Shown here: piece after piece, positions 31,014-44,420 of the stretch | Layout of the letters: every line of letters begins with the position of its first letter | Numbering within the stretch: the stretch's first letter is position 1 | Assembly (NCBI GenBank): GCA_009103225.1 | Contig: RHPI01003041.1 | Span: 140,308-204,307, forward strand | Source of the DNA: Chlorokybus atmophyticus | Lineage: Eukaryota; Plantae; Mesostigma and Chlorokybus algae | Reading direction: 5' to 3' | Length of the DNA: 64,000 bases | The notes under the pieces: model-generated | What the model was told of the DNA's origin: nothing | The model's input: only the letters and a program-made list of their open reading frames with translations | Database searches by the model: none | Translations under genes and position numbers: made by a program

Positions 31014-32965
31014 TATTTGTTGGGGTGGGGTGAGCAGTATTTATTTGGGATGGGTGGGTAAGGGTATCTTGTAGTTTTTTTATTTGATGGGAAGAAAGCG
31101 CCTGATGACGGGCGCTCTTCTTCTTTACTAGCAGTATAGCGCCCGGTAGCGGTAGCGGTAGTGTGCGTACTGCCTTGATTGTGCGCGGCTTTGTTTCAGC
31201 TGGGCTGCACATTGCGCCGCAGCTTAGGTTAGGGACAACACATTGTGAATAACTACGGTATGCATGTGTGCGCGAGGGTCTCTCAACACAATGACATAGG
31301 TGCAAGTGGCGAACCAACATCATTGCGTAGTTGAAACAAATGTAAGTAGGGATGTGAAGTTGTGGTTGGTACGAGCATTAGAGGTTTGTTGGTATGATGT
31401 ATAATTGGTGTGCAAAATGTTAGGTCAATCGAGTAGGGTGGTACGAGAGAAACGTCTTATGATGATTTAACTTAATCGCTCAATAAGGTTGTTAAGCGAC
31501 TTAGTTGATGCATATGCAGCCACTCAAACCTCAAACAATGCGTTGTACACAAAGTGGCGAGGTAAATGCACTTTCTTGGAAATGGGTTATTGCTAATTGT
31601 AATGCATAAAGCCATGACTTAGTTTCACGGGTTGATGAGTCATATAATCAGCAATCCTTCAGATTCTCAATTGTTGAAACCATTTTAACATACATAAAAC
31701 TCATACGCTATATAATTGCAACTTTTGTTAACGAGAGTGTATTTGCAGACAAAACATTGATGTGCTATGAGTTAAATACAGCGTATTAAGATGTTTTTAT
31801 TCCATTGGTAATGAATTATTGCAAATGCAATCAATAAGCATGGCGCATGGGTTGTGACAAAACCTAATCAATCATCAATGTATAACACATGCGCAAAATG
31901 TTTGTGTATGTCCCTATGAAACTTGTCAATTTCAACATGTATATTATAGCATACCGACAGAAATAATTTCAAGACAACAAATGTAAGACACAATCCTTGA
32001 ATAGGTGCCCGAAATCTAGTGTGAATTTATGACTAATAATGTATACATAAACTGATACGTGACTCACCTGCTTGCTGCAGCCTTTATCAATGTAGGCTAC
32101 ATGATGATGATAAGCCGAGAATGAAAGATATGTACACTTTATAATATGATATTACAAGCAACAACTTGTGTGTACATTATGAAATATATATAATGTATAC
32201 TACTCAAACGTTTACGATAATGCATATGTACGTATGCGTCAATGAAAACTTTTGTCGTGCTTAACTTGTCCCATTTACTCAAATCAAAGCCATGTCTCAA
32301 TAAAGCCCCGTGTTAAAAACCGCGTGCGGCTTGAGATTTAAGAGAGGGGGGCTTTTTCAGAGCACATACGTTATAGAGGTTATAAATAATATAACAATAA
32401 CATCAGTAATCAAGGAAGTTAGACAAGCTTGTAACGTGAAACACGAATGTAGTCATACAACATGAACGTCACCAATTTGTCTATTGTCGAACACTAGACC
32501 TCGTTGAACACCCTTGTCACAGGCCCTTGTGTCCCAAGGCCGTACCGCCGACCACCGACAACCGACGTCGGCCCTCTTAGGTCGATAACCACCTGATTTT
32601 GTTTTTGTTATATTTTCCCGTTCTTTCCTTGGCCTTTATTTCCCCAGATCCAAGCACACTGCTTTGCTCCAAGCGCTTGGGTGGGCGGGCGGGCTTGCAA
32701 ACAATCAGGCCAGCGGCGTCAGGGCGCAAGTCAGTCGTGGATGGACTCTTGATTGGAGCTGTGTGGTACACACACGCACACACATACTATTCTGTATACA
32801 CAACCATCTGCCTACACACACTCTCCAATATTCTGCTTCCAGACATACAAAGAGCCAGAGTTGGCCAATTCGTCAAATGGTTTCGAGATAATCTCATTAG
32901 TCAAATTTAGCAACAGCAGCAGAAGAGTAGTGCTAAGGTAGAGTTAGCAGCAAGCAAGCTCAGAT

Positions 32966-35349
32966 ATGGGAGCTCAAGGCGCTGATGACGACGGTGATGA
33001 CGACGACAACAACAGTAACAACAACAACAGCAGCAACAGCAACAACGTTCTTCACAACAGCAGCAGCAATGTTGTTGGGAACAACAATGCGGGGAAGAGC
33101 GCAGCGGCGAGTAATCTACTAATACCCTACTTGACACCACTGTAAGCGAGACTTCAGGCGTGCTCATGTTTCCACGCACGTGCGCCAATATGTGCGTATG
33201 CGCGTAAGTGTGCGAGTGCGTGCGTGTATGAATGTGTATGTGCGCATATGTACACGCTTGTGTGCGCAAATACACACACAGGAGAGCGCGCGTGCGTCTG
33301 TAGTATATGCGTCTGTGTGCCGTGTGTATGGGTGTGTCGGTATGCGCACGTATGTACAGGTGTGATGTGATCGCGTGCATATGTGCACGTGTGTGCGCGT
33401 ACATGCGCATGTGTGCACGAGCGCATATGTGCACATGTGTGCGTGTACGTGTTTGCTTGACTAACTGATGCGTGTCTTTCCTTTCCTCCCACGCGTGAAG
33501 GCACGCGCGGGGTTTCAGTGTGAACCGCGACAATCCCCGCCAGTGCGTTGGGTATACATCAGACCACACAATCGCATACCCCATCGGAGCCGTCCTCACA
33601 CTCCGCGGGTGAGACACTACTTGCATCGTAGTTCATTATGTTGTCACAGATACATGCGCACGCATCGTCACCGCACTCAGCTGTCTTCTTGCAGGCAACA
33701 GCAGATGCGCTTCTCCACGCCCATTGCATCTGTGAAGGTGCTGATGTTGTTGTTGTTGGTATTATGGTGTAATGAGACACATGTAGTCCATGTAGTTTTC
33801 AGCACACCAACATGAGGTTGGAATTCACTCTCTCTCTCTCTTCCTTCAGGCCATACTTGCACTGGCGGTTTCTGCCAACTTGCACCACATTGCCGTGTGC
33901 GAGCGCGTGCAGGGCCACGCTCAGGTGAAGACCTTGTGAGCCATGAATGTTGGGTCGTATGGACACTCTATGTTTTGGATGACGTTCGTGGACACAACAT
34001 ACATACCCACATCACAGATATGCATAATGGATGCAAGGACGCTTAAGCGAGTAAAACTTCTAACGGCGCAAAGCGTAGGAGGCAAGCCTTGTTGTTGCAC
34101 TCGTACACAGACGTACGCACGCGCACGCTCACGCACCAATTGGCAAGATTCATGCCAGAGACCAACATATAACCAATATATGGTCAACATGTTGGAGTGC
34201 AGATTTCACGGCGTGCGCATGGTCTGCGGGTGACGCAGATGTGGTGGGTGTGACGGACTGCGAGGGCGCGGAGAACAGCAACAAGCTCCACGCTTACGCC
34301 CTCGACAAGGCCAAGATGCTCGGATCCACCTTGGTCGGCGCACGCGCAACCGCCGTCTCATTTAACCCGCAGGTATGACTTGGTGCGTGTGGTTGCACGA
34401 TCGCATACACACACACACACATACGCATACGCGCACTTACGCAGGCGCGTATTCACACATATGTGTACGCGCACACAACGAAACACGCTCACATCCACCA
34501 CACACACAAACACGTGCCTGCCTTTCTTCGTTCAAAAATAACTCGCACGCACGCACGCCACCCACCCACACACGCACATACGCATACATACCCAATTGCG
34601 CCCCACAGCAAACACCAACATGCAACACCCAACAGCAACCCACCAACTCCATCTCTCCTCTCAGGCCTCCCACCAGTACTGCCTAACCGGTCCCTCCCTC
34701 TTCCGCCTTGTCCAATTCAAAGACAGCGTGTGGCGCGACCTCCCCGTGGCCGGCATCAACTCCCCCAACACCACCTCCCCCACCAACACTAACACCAAGT
34801 CCCTCAACGACAGCATCAGCAAGCACACCCACATGGAGTTCACGGCCCACGCGTGGCTGCCGCGAGGCGGACTTGTGGTTGGGACGAATAGGAGCGGGAT
34901 ACTTGTGGTGGTGAATAGGAGCGTGGCGCAGAGGTTGGAGAGCACGGGACCCGTCATGACCATTGCGCCGACGAGTAAAGGGTTCATGACGGGAGGGGTC
35001 GCGGGACAACTGTGCACGTATAATTGTCAGGTGGGTGAGGTGTGGGTGGGGTGGGGAATGTGCGTGTGCATGTGCGTGTGCGTGTGACTGATGCAAAATG
35101 TGCGAACCACAGCAAGAGCATGAGCAGACTTATGCCCTCGCCGAGACCTCCGACGCGCAGTGGTACGTGTGCAAAACACAATTGTTGGGTTCTTTCACCC
35201 CCTTATGCTAACATCCAACAATGCCAACAACAACAGCGACGGCGCCATCAACTGCATCGTCGTATCACCCTCAGAAGTAACCGCCGCATGCGCAATAGAG
35301 GTACAAGTACATTGCAAACCCTCCCCCCCAAACCCAATACACACACACA

Positions 35350-35380
<31 letters not shown>

Positions 35381-38300
35381 TCCCTCCACAGGGCCAAGGT
35401 CTCCTCTACTACTCCCTGACCCAGACCTCCTTCAACCCTCTCGCCATCGGTTCCTTCTCCCCGGCCGCTTCCGACCACCACCGCGTCGACGGTTCCACGG
35501 GGGGAATCGTGGGGATGGACGCGTGCGCCGCACGGTCCCTGCTCGTCACGGCGGGAGGGGACGGGAGCGTGAGGTTGTGGGACTACGAGGAGATGAACTG
35601 CGAGGCGGTTTATCAGTGAGTGAGGGGGGCTGTTGGTGGGGGTGATGGGAGAGCGACGCACACACGCACGCACGCACGCACGCATGCACGCTTGCACGCC
35701 CACAACATGTGTCTTTTCGCACAGGTCCCAGCTGGACGTCCCTCTCTGCGTTGGCATCAGCTCCTTCGGCTACGACCTCGCCGTCGGCTTCCCTCTCAAA
35801 CTCTCCGTCTTCCTCATCCTTGCAGACGGGTAAGTGACTACACATCTTCTCTACAACCCAACAACACTCCCCACCCCACCCCACCCCAACACCCACACAC
35901 CCACATACCCCCATAGGCTCTCCCTCGCCCACGACATCCCGATGAAATCCGTCAACGAGGTCCGTTACTCTCCCGGTTCCCACATGGTCGCCGCGGCTAG
36001 CGGCCGCGACATCCACTTGCTCTCTTCCCTCACCTGGTCCATCACTTCTACCTTACGTGGGCACCCTCGCCCCGTACGCGCACTATGTTGGTCTGTGGAC
36101 GGGTTGCACTTGGCGTCTGCTGGGGTAGATGGGACGCTGTACGGGTGGGAGGTGTCGGGCGTGGGGGGGAGGAAGGTAGAGGAGAACTGCGTGAAAGGGA
36201 GTAGCTACAGTGGGATCGTGTATGCGAGGGATAGGAGCGGGGTGATTGCGGCGGGGGGGGGAGTGCCGATAAGGGTGGTGGATACCGTGGTGAGTGTGAG
36301 GGAAGGGAATCAACATAAGAGTGGGAAGGGTGCGGCGGTGCCGGGAGGGGGAACTGTCAACAATAATAATAGTAGCAATAGTGGTAACAATGTGGTGGGT
36401 GGGGGAGAGAGTGACGTGTATCGAGCCAATATTATCATGGAAGGAGCCACGCACGCGCAAACGGATGTGCCGCTGGGACCGGCGGGGGACCTGTCTGCCC
36501 GAAGTAAGTGCACAAGTGAAGAGTGTGTTTGTGACATGTAACATAGTATTAACTGTACACAGTTCTTTAGCATACGCGCGCACGTACGCGCGTACTATCA
36601 CGTACGCATGCACACACGTCCACGCAAAGGTGTTTTCGTGTGCAGTCCTCGGGGTCTCTGTGTGCGCGTTGGCGTTGAGTGCAAGCAAGTCCGCCCTCGT
36701 CTTGGGTACGGGCGAGAACACCTCAATGGGAGGAGGTCCTCAGCAACAGCAACAGGAAGACCCGCGCGGGAAGAATACAACACGCTCGAGCAGAGGCGAA
36801 CTACCACCACCACAAATACAACCATCATCTCCACAACAACAACAGCAACAACCTCACTACAACCGGCCTGGAGCTCTTGTCATTCGGCAATGGCCTCTCG
36901 GGGCCGCAGACACCAGCATCGATGGCGTAGGGAGATGGTACTGCTACCACACGACCGCTGTCACAAAGGTGGATGTGGAATATGTAACATCCTTCTTGCT
37001 GTTGTTGTGGAGGTGGTGGTGGTGCGTTTACCGGTAGTACGACGTGCAGGTGTGCATCTCGGCAGACGGGAGACTCGTCTTCAGCGCCGGCGCGGACGGC
37101 TGCGTGTTCGTGTTCGTCCTCACTGACCACCCAGAAGAGAAACCAAGGGTAGATACCAACAAACAACACCCTCCTGCAATGTTGACCCACCCACCCACTT
37201 AACCCCTCTCAGGTCCGCGACCCCTTAGCCTCTTCCTCGAGCAGTCTCACGTCGGACTTGGACGCCACTCGTTCTTCTTCTTCTTCTTCATCCACTGGTC
37301 CCCTCGTCCTGCTGTTCCGCTCGACGTTCCAGTCGCAGCTGTCGGAGATCCGGGAGCTCAAGAGCACCGTCGAGAGGATGACGCTGGGGGCGGATTATAG
37401 GCTGCATAGGACGGAACAGGAGTGGGGGAATAAAGCGAAGGTGGGTGGGTGGAAGTGTTATTTCAGTCACGCGTGCGCATAGAGACAATCGCACTTGTGC
37501 GCGTGTGTGTGCGTGAGTGCGAGTGTACGCGTGCATGTGTGAGGTACGTGCACGTACATACACCTGCCGCAGACACGCACATGGGTATGTGCATGCGCGC
37601 GTGCGTGTGCGTGTGCGTGTTCAACGTCGGACGTCAACATCAACCTGTATCCCCCCTGCCAGCTTGCTCAAGACGAGTACGAGGCCAAGCTGGAGAAGCT
37701 CAAGAAGCAGGTGGCGGAGGCCCAGCGGCGCGCCAACTTCCAGACCATTGAGTTCGAGCGGATCGCCGCGAGGGAGGCGGAGGACCGCGCCAACGAACGG
37801 GACGCGATTGAGGCCAAGGTGGGTGGGGGGAATTGTGGTGTTTGTGCGTGTGAGAGCGTTTGTATGTGTACGTATGCGCACACACACGCACGCACGCGTG
37901 CGAGTACGCACAGCGTACCCACGTGCACAAGTCCGTGTGCGTGTGCGTGTGTGTGTGCGTGTGCCACACATACCCATGTGTGAGCACGCACACACATTCC
38001 ATACCCACACGCGTCCTGCCCCTCAGGCCAACGCCCGTCTTGCCAAGGAGCTTGAGCGCACGGATTCCTTCCAAGCTGAGCTCGCCCTCCTCCGCGAGCA
38101 GCTCGACCAGGAGCGCGCGGACCACCTCGCTGGCATGGAGAACCTGGTTGAGGAGTCCCGTCTTGAGCGCGAGGCCCTCGAGGCCGCGCACCAGGAGAGT
38201 ATGAGGGAACTGGTCAAGGAGATGGAGGAGATGGAACACGGGTACGACGTGGGAGCCAGGGTGGAGAACGAACTGCATGAGGAGGAGATGCTGAGAGTCA

Positions 38301-38498
38301 CCACGTACTCGAGAGCGGAGGTGGGAGGGGATGAACTCTGTGGTTGTGTACACTGTGTGCGCGCGCGCATGTGCGTGTGCGTGCCTGCGCGCGCACACGC
38401 ACATACATTACCGCGCGTGTGTTGTTGTGTGCGCGTGCGCGTGCCACAATCTTCTTCAAAGCACAGTTAGCTCGCAGGCAGGGATGCATTCTCTCAGA

Positions 38499-38538
<40 letters not shown>

Positions 38539-41119
38539 TAGAGGGATACACGCTCCCAACGCATCCCGTGTCAAACATGTGTTGAAACATCCGTACCAAC
38601 AGGTCGCTCGCGCTTCCGGCGGCGCCGAAGCCGCCCGTTCCGGTTTCCTGTACTGGCGCACGACCGCGTCGAAGCTGGAGGCCCGGCTGAAGGACGCGGC
38701 GCGCAAGGAGAGGGAGGACGAGGCGGAACGGAGGGGATTGGAGGGGAGGGTGGCGGAGTTGAGCAAAGCGCTGCAGGTGAGGGGGGAGGAGGGGTGGGTT
38801 TGTGCTGTTGGTGTCTGGGAAGGATGAGATAGAAAGAACGAGGAAGGACATGGAGGACTTCTGTTCTGTCATGTGCGTGTGTCGCATGCACATGTCACTT
38901 CGAAACACACACACTGACATGTGTGCATGGGTGTGTGGGTGTGGGGTGTCACACATGTGTTACTGTGCCAAACACTGACGTGTGTGTGCTGGGCTGGCAC
39001 TGACACCCACATACCACCTCACAACACATGCATGTTGTGAGGTGGGAGCGTCGTCTGAACACCCACAACACATGTGTGTTGTGCGGCTGTGTGTTACTGC
39101 GTGTGTCTCTTCTCAAACACACACAAATCAACCCAAACCCCTCCCCCCCTCCGCAGGTCGAATCCGACCGCGTCCTCCAGCGCGACCTCCTCCTCGAATC
39201 CCACGACGACCGCATCGCGTCGCTCGTCCGCCAGATCCGCGACTTCGAGACGTTCAAGGCGCTGCGCGAACAGCAGATACTCAAACTCAAGGGGGGACAG
39301 GCGCCGGTGGTGGAGGCGCTGGAAAAGCAACGGGCGAGAGTAAAGGTAGGGAGGAGGGAGTAAACATGCAGTCACTTATCTTGTACTGGTACTAGTACTA
39401 TGATACTACAACTAGTATAACGATACTGATTGCAGCACAGTACAACTACTATTGTACTCCGATACAATATTGCACTGATACAATGATACAATCAACGATA
39501 CAGTACAACAACACCCTGATGCAATGCACTGATACCTTGATACAATAATGCAATAACAGTACACATATCAATAACACCAACTACTCATCTCCCAGGAGCT
39601 TGAGAACAACCTCAACGACGCAATCGACGCCCAGTCCCGTCAGACAGAGTCGATCAAGCACCTGACGGCGCGCGTGGCCGGCGCGGAGATCGGGCGGCTG
39701 AGGACAAGGGCGAGCGAGAGGCAGAGGAGGCTGGAGCTGGTGCTGGGGGAGATAGGGACGATCGTGAGGGAACAGGTGAGAGGGGGGAGGGAGGGCGGGA
39801 GGGTGTGTGGTTGTGCATGCGTGCATCCACCCAGATGCACACAAGACACCATGCGCACGCATGTATGCATGCGCGCGCACACACACGCGCACACGCACAC
39901 GCGGTCAGGTGGGTCTGGTCAGTTCCCACCCACCCACCCACCCACCCACTCTCCTCCCCGCAGGACCCCTCCGAGTGGTCTTCTTCCCTACGTTCCCTCT
40001 ACCGCACCTACGTCGCTTCCGACTCCCGCTCCTCTCACCCCCGCTCCTCCTCCTCCCAACACCAACTCAACTCTCCCCACCCCAACGCCGTGGCCGAGTT
40101 CCAGTCACAGCGCCTCGCCTTGGAGAGATTCGTCGTGCTGTTGAGGAAGAGCAAGGGGGTGAGTGAAGGGATCAACAGGAAGGACAAGGTGAGGATGTAC
40201 AGGGAGAACGCGGAGTTGCTGGGGGAGATACACCAGATGAAGAAGCAGAATAAGGAGATGTGGGAGGCCATGACGGAGCTGCAGTCGGAACTGCTGAGGG
40301 AGAGGAATAGGTAGGGGAATGTGGGTGGGTGGGTGGGTGCGTGGGCGTGTGAGTTGTATACGTGAGTGCGTGGGTATCTCTGAGTTCCTGTGGCTCTCAG
40401 CACGCATGTGTGGTGCTGACTGCAAGTGTATGCCTTGTTGTTCCCATGCCTGCACGCTTGAGTGTGTTGCGTACTTACCAACACGCACTGCACGCAACAG
40501 GGCATTTTTAGCACGCAATGCTTCTTCCCCAACCTCGCCTCCAAGACAATCCAGGAGTCCGTCACCCGAGCCACCAATCTCTCCCTCGCCCGACCAAGCA
40601 CATGAAGAACAACTACAACAACAACAGCAGTCACGGCGCAGCATGAGCGTGACAGGACTCTCGCGCACACCCTCACCGCTGCCCATGAGGTAAAGCATGC
40701 GTGTGTGTGTGTGTGTGCACGCGCGCGCACATGCACCATCTTCTCATGCGAGGTACGAGTCAATTGTTACTCAAGTGTCGTTACATGAGTTGATACTATA
40801 TTGTTCATTGTTGATGTTGGTCCAGGCCTGAATCCACTCCTCCCTCCCACCGCCCCTTCCCCCCCTCCCTCCCTGTCTCCCCCCATCGCGCGTCGTCATC
40901 CTCCTCGGACCCCGCAGCCCTCCGCGCCGCCCTGGCAGAGAACCGCGCGCGCGTCGAGGTGCAGCAGACGCACATACAGAGACTGGAGTACACGCTGAGC
41001 AGATTACTGAATACCTCGAGAGGGGTGAGGAGTGGGCGTTGGTGTTGGTGTGTGTAGGTTGTTGTGCTTGTTGTGTAGAATGAGTATGTTGGTATTACTG
41101 TTGATATCATCGTTGCTGT

Positions 41120-41170
<51 letters not shown>

Positions 41171-41781
41171 CGCTGTTGCTGTTGCTGTTGTTGTTGCTGT
41201 TGTTGCTGTTGTTGCTGCTGTTGTTGTCATTGTTGTTTTCTTACCTCACAACCAACATCTGTTCCTAGGCTTCTCCTTCTCTCGGCATCGAGTTGTCCTC
41301 TTCTTCCCCTTTGCAATCAGAACCCTCCACTTCCTCTTCCCTCCCTCCTCGTCCCCGCACGCAGGCCAGCTTCGGACGGAGTAGTACAAGTAGCAGTAAC
41401 GGCGGCAGCGGGCGGATACGAGCCATCAGCGCGAAGAAAAGGGCGGCGGGGAGAGCGAAGGCGGCGCCGCATTGGGGGGCACAGGTAGGGGGGTGGGGGT
41501 GCGCATGCGTGGTGTTCTATGTGTGTGTCTGTGCGTGCATGCTGGTTTGGGTTAGGCACGCACGCACGCACCTGTTGTATGCGTGTGTTGGTCAGTTGTT
41601 GTGCGGATGTTGGCATCATATCCATTACTTTTGATTTCCTATTCAGCCTGGGGTGTCCATGGGTGAACCAATTGCTGCGAGTGGTGGATGGAATACGGTT
41701 GAAGACACGCAGGGGATGGATCCGTTTAGTATAAGGGAGGTGGTGATGGCCAAGCGCGCGGCTCTCGAGGGTGGGAGTTGA
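32966..41781 (+). CDS. CFAP57: Cilia- and flagella-associated protein 57 (WDR65/FAP57): WD40 repeats + long coiled coil
   Basis: LTPL|HARGFSVN...DHTIAYPIG; FTAHAWLPRGGLVVGT; LLVTAGGDGSVRLWDYE; LAVGFPLKL; TLRGHPRPVRALCWSVDGLHLASAGVDGTLYGWEV; HTTAVTK|VCISADGRLVFSAGADGCVF. The C-terminal QDPSEW...LYRTYV...EFQSQRLALER...KVRMYRENAELLGEI matches the CFAP57 tail. Start and last exon are moderately certain. Confidence 0.9.
41113..41225. repeat. (GTTGCT)n intronic microsatellite
   Basis: Direct reading; it produces the spurious poly-L and poly-TA ORFs. Confidence 0.9.
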
Positions 41782-42099
41782 TGTGTAGTACATCAAATGA
41801 ACGATGGTGGTGGTTGGTTTAATGACTTACTAGTGACTTAACTGAAGCGATTCCACGCTCCATTTGCATCATGTTGCTGCACGTATTGGTGTGCTAGTGA
41901 CGTTGTGTCAAGGCTTCAGCTTTCTGCAATCACAAGGTTTCTACTTAGAAGGCTAAGTACTTTGCACGCAAGTACAATGTGTTCATTAAGCGGAGTGGGC
42001 CGTGCGCTGTCTAAGGAGGCACCTTCTTGATGCACATTCTCACACGCGCCCATTGTAGTCTACGAGGCGCAACGCACTGACACACAGGTACTGGTCCAT

Positions 42100-44420
42100 A
42101 TTCGCACACACATCAGTGATGACAAGCACACCCTGTGGGCGTGCGTGTTACATCATGCTTGCCGACAAAATGGTCCACAGGATGGTCCATGCCCATCCTG
42201 TGGACATGCATGGACAACACAGTCATCGGAAGGAACGCCCCCCTTCATGCGTGCCTGCGTGAACAGCAAGGCAGCTGGCAGCGATGGCGATGGCGGTGGA
42301 GAGCTTCAGGGCGTGGGCGCACGGGGGGGGAGGAGGAGGAGAAGGGTGATGAGCTGGTGGGTGGGCATGGAGGCAGCAGGCCTAGCTTGGCTCTGCTTTG
42401 GTCTCTGAGCAGGGGTTTGTCGTCTCGCCAGCGCTGCTTTTCTCCGAGGTGGTGCAGCACAGCAGTAGCAGCAGCTGATGCAGCTGATGCCGCTGATGCA
42501 CCACCTCGGAACGAAGCAGCGCTGGCGAAGGGAGGAGAATGCCCAGAGTCCGCTGGGCCGAGGGTGCTGCATGAAGGGACGGGGCTCAGCCCGGCGATAT
42601 CGACAACACCTCTGGTAAGGTGTGTGTGCATGTGTTGCCTTGTCTGGTCTGTGTTTCCTCTCCATGTATCCTCTCCACCGCTGCTGCGCATGTGGCTTGC
42701 CGAGCTGAGTTGTCCGGGGCGTGCAAGTTTGCGTTGTGATGAGTGTGCCTTTGTGTCAAGTACAAGGAGGGAGGCAGGGGGAAGGTTGCAGTCTGCAACA
42801 TGCGTTGCTGCGCGTATTGCTGGTTTATCAAGTTGCAGTTGTCGTCGCAGCCTCCCCTCCATTGTTGTTGTGGGTGTAGATTGTGGATGTGGATGTAGAT
42901 GTAGATTGTACCACAATGGGCACAACACCTTGAGCGCAGTCCGACTGAGGTCCTGGTCGCACACATCAGTGATGTTACATGCACGCCCTTCCTACGTAGA
43001 CAGCACAGCCACCTTCGGGCAGGCTTTGATGTGTGCCGGTGTGAAACAGCAGGGCAGCTACCAGCGATGGTGGCGGGGAGCTTCAGGGCGGCATGGGCGC
43101 AGGCTTGAGGGTGTGCGTGTGGGGCGCGTTGAGTGGCAATGACGTTGGCGGCAGCGGCGGGCCTGGCTTCTTCTGCCTTCGCCAAGCTAAAGGGGTTGCA
43201 CCGCCACCGTGATGTGCTGTTCTCGCTGCTTCCAGTTCGTGCTAAAGCAGCTGGCTCAATGCCATCCACAACGCTTAGTGCTTTTGTCTACCTCGGCATA
43301 GCTCTAGCTCTCTGACGTAAGACGTGCGTGCGTGCGTGTCACAAGAGACATGGGCACACAGCCTTGTCTTTTCTTGTGGAACTGACAAGATGTGTCGGTC
43401 TCACTCAGGGCCACGTTACAGCTCGTCTATTAGCCTTTGCAGCCTGCCTTGTGAGCCAAGGTAAGTCTTGCTGCTTGTGCAATGGAAGCTCTTATGCTGT
43501 AGTTTGGGTGGGCACCTGTTATTAAACCATTGGAACCGCTTGTGTGTCTCCCATGCGCACAGTCACTTCACTCTCGTTTGCCCAAGTCAGCATCTGCTTA
43601 GCAACGCTGTGATCATCTCGCGTGTGCAGGTGTACTTGTACTTTTGCACGTGTCACATGTTGGTTCATGTCACATTGCTGTGCAGAACGGCTAGGAATAG
43701 AGTTGACAGGCTCTCAAGCGCTGGCGGGCGCAGTCAGCTTGGTGTTCTGCTTGGTACTACCAGCAAGCAAAGTGCTGGCTTGCCAACACAGCCTCAAATT
43801 CTCAACACAGGTACCGCACATCCACATGAGAACGAACATGCACGCATGCACACACGCACAACCACTCTGTATACACACATGCGCGCGCACTTAGCATTCC
43901 ATGCTGTACAAGCACGCAAACCCAACATGGCAGCCAGGCAGACTGCGTGCGGGCTTTGAGTTCCTTTCACTGGGGAGCTTCAAGATTAGGTACAGGTCCT
44001 GCTGTGCGGGCTGTTTGTATACAACGTCTGGGTGTTGTGCGCCCCCGTGATGGTGTCCGCGGTGCTGGACCTGGGTGCACATGACATCGTCTTATCAGGT
44101 AGTTTACCGCTAATGCAACTCTCTTTGTATACACGCGCATCCAGCACACACCACATACACTGTAGGTGCGTTTTTTGATGACTGGCAGTCATCAAAAAAC
44201 GCACCTTTAGCAAGCTTGTACGCGTGCCGGTGCGAACGGCAGGGGTGAGAATGGGTGAGGGCGTGTAGTCGAGCTGCGGCGATGATGGCTGCGGCAATGG
44301 CGGGCCTGGCTTCTTCAGCTTTGCAATCGCTCAGCGAAGGGCTTACGTCGCTGGCATCGGAGGTGGTGCGGCGCAGCAGCAGCGTCCTCCTGCACCTTCA
44401 CACATTAGAGCGGACTACTC
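42100..44420. repeat. Degenerate ~0.8-1 kb repeated units (about three copies)
   Basis: Shared blocks: cacacatcagtgatg (~42107, ~42960); cagca(a/g)ggcagct..cagcgatgg...gagcttcagggcg (~42264, ~43048); gcgggcctggcttcttc (~43157, ~44301). Confidence 0.55.

Noticed and set aside
39385-39575. GATACAAT-like repeats resembling a spaced array
   Set aside because: This is an irregular intronic minisatellite with no constant repeat/unique spacer structure and no cas genes, so it is not CRISPR.
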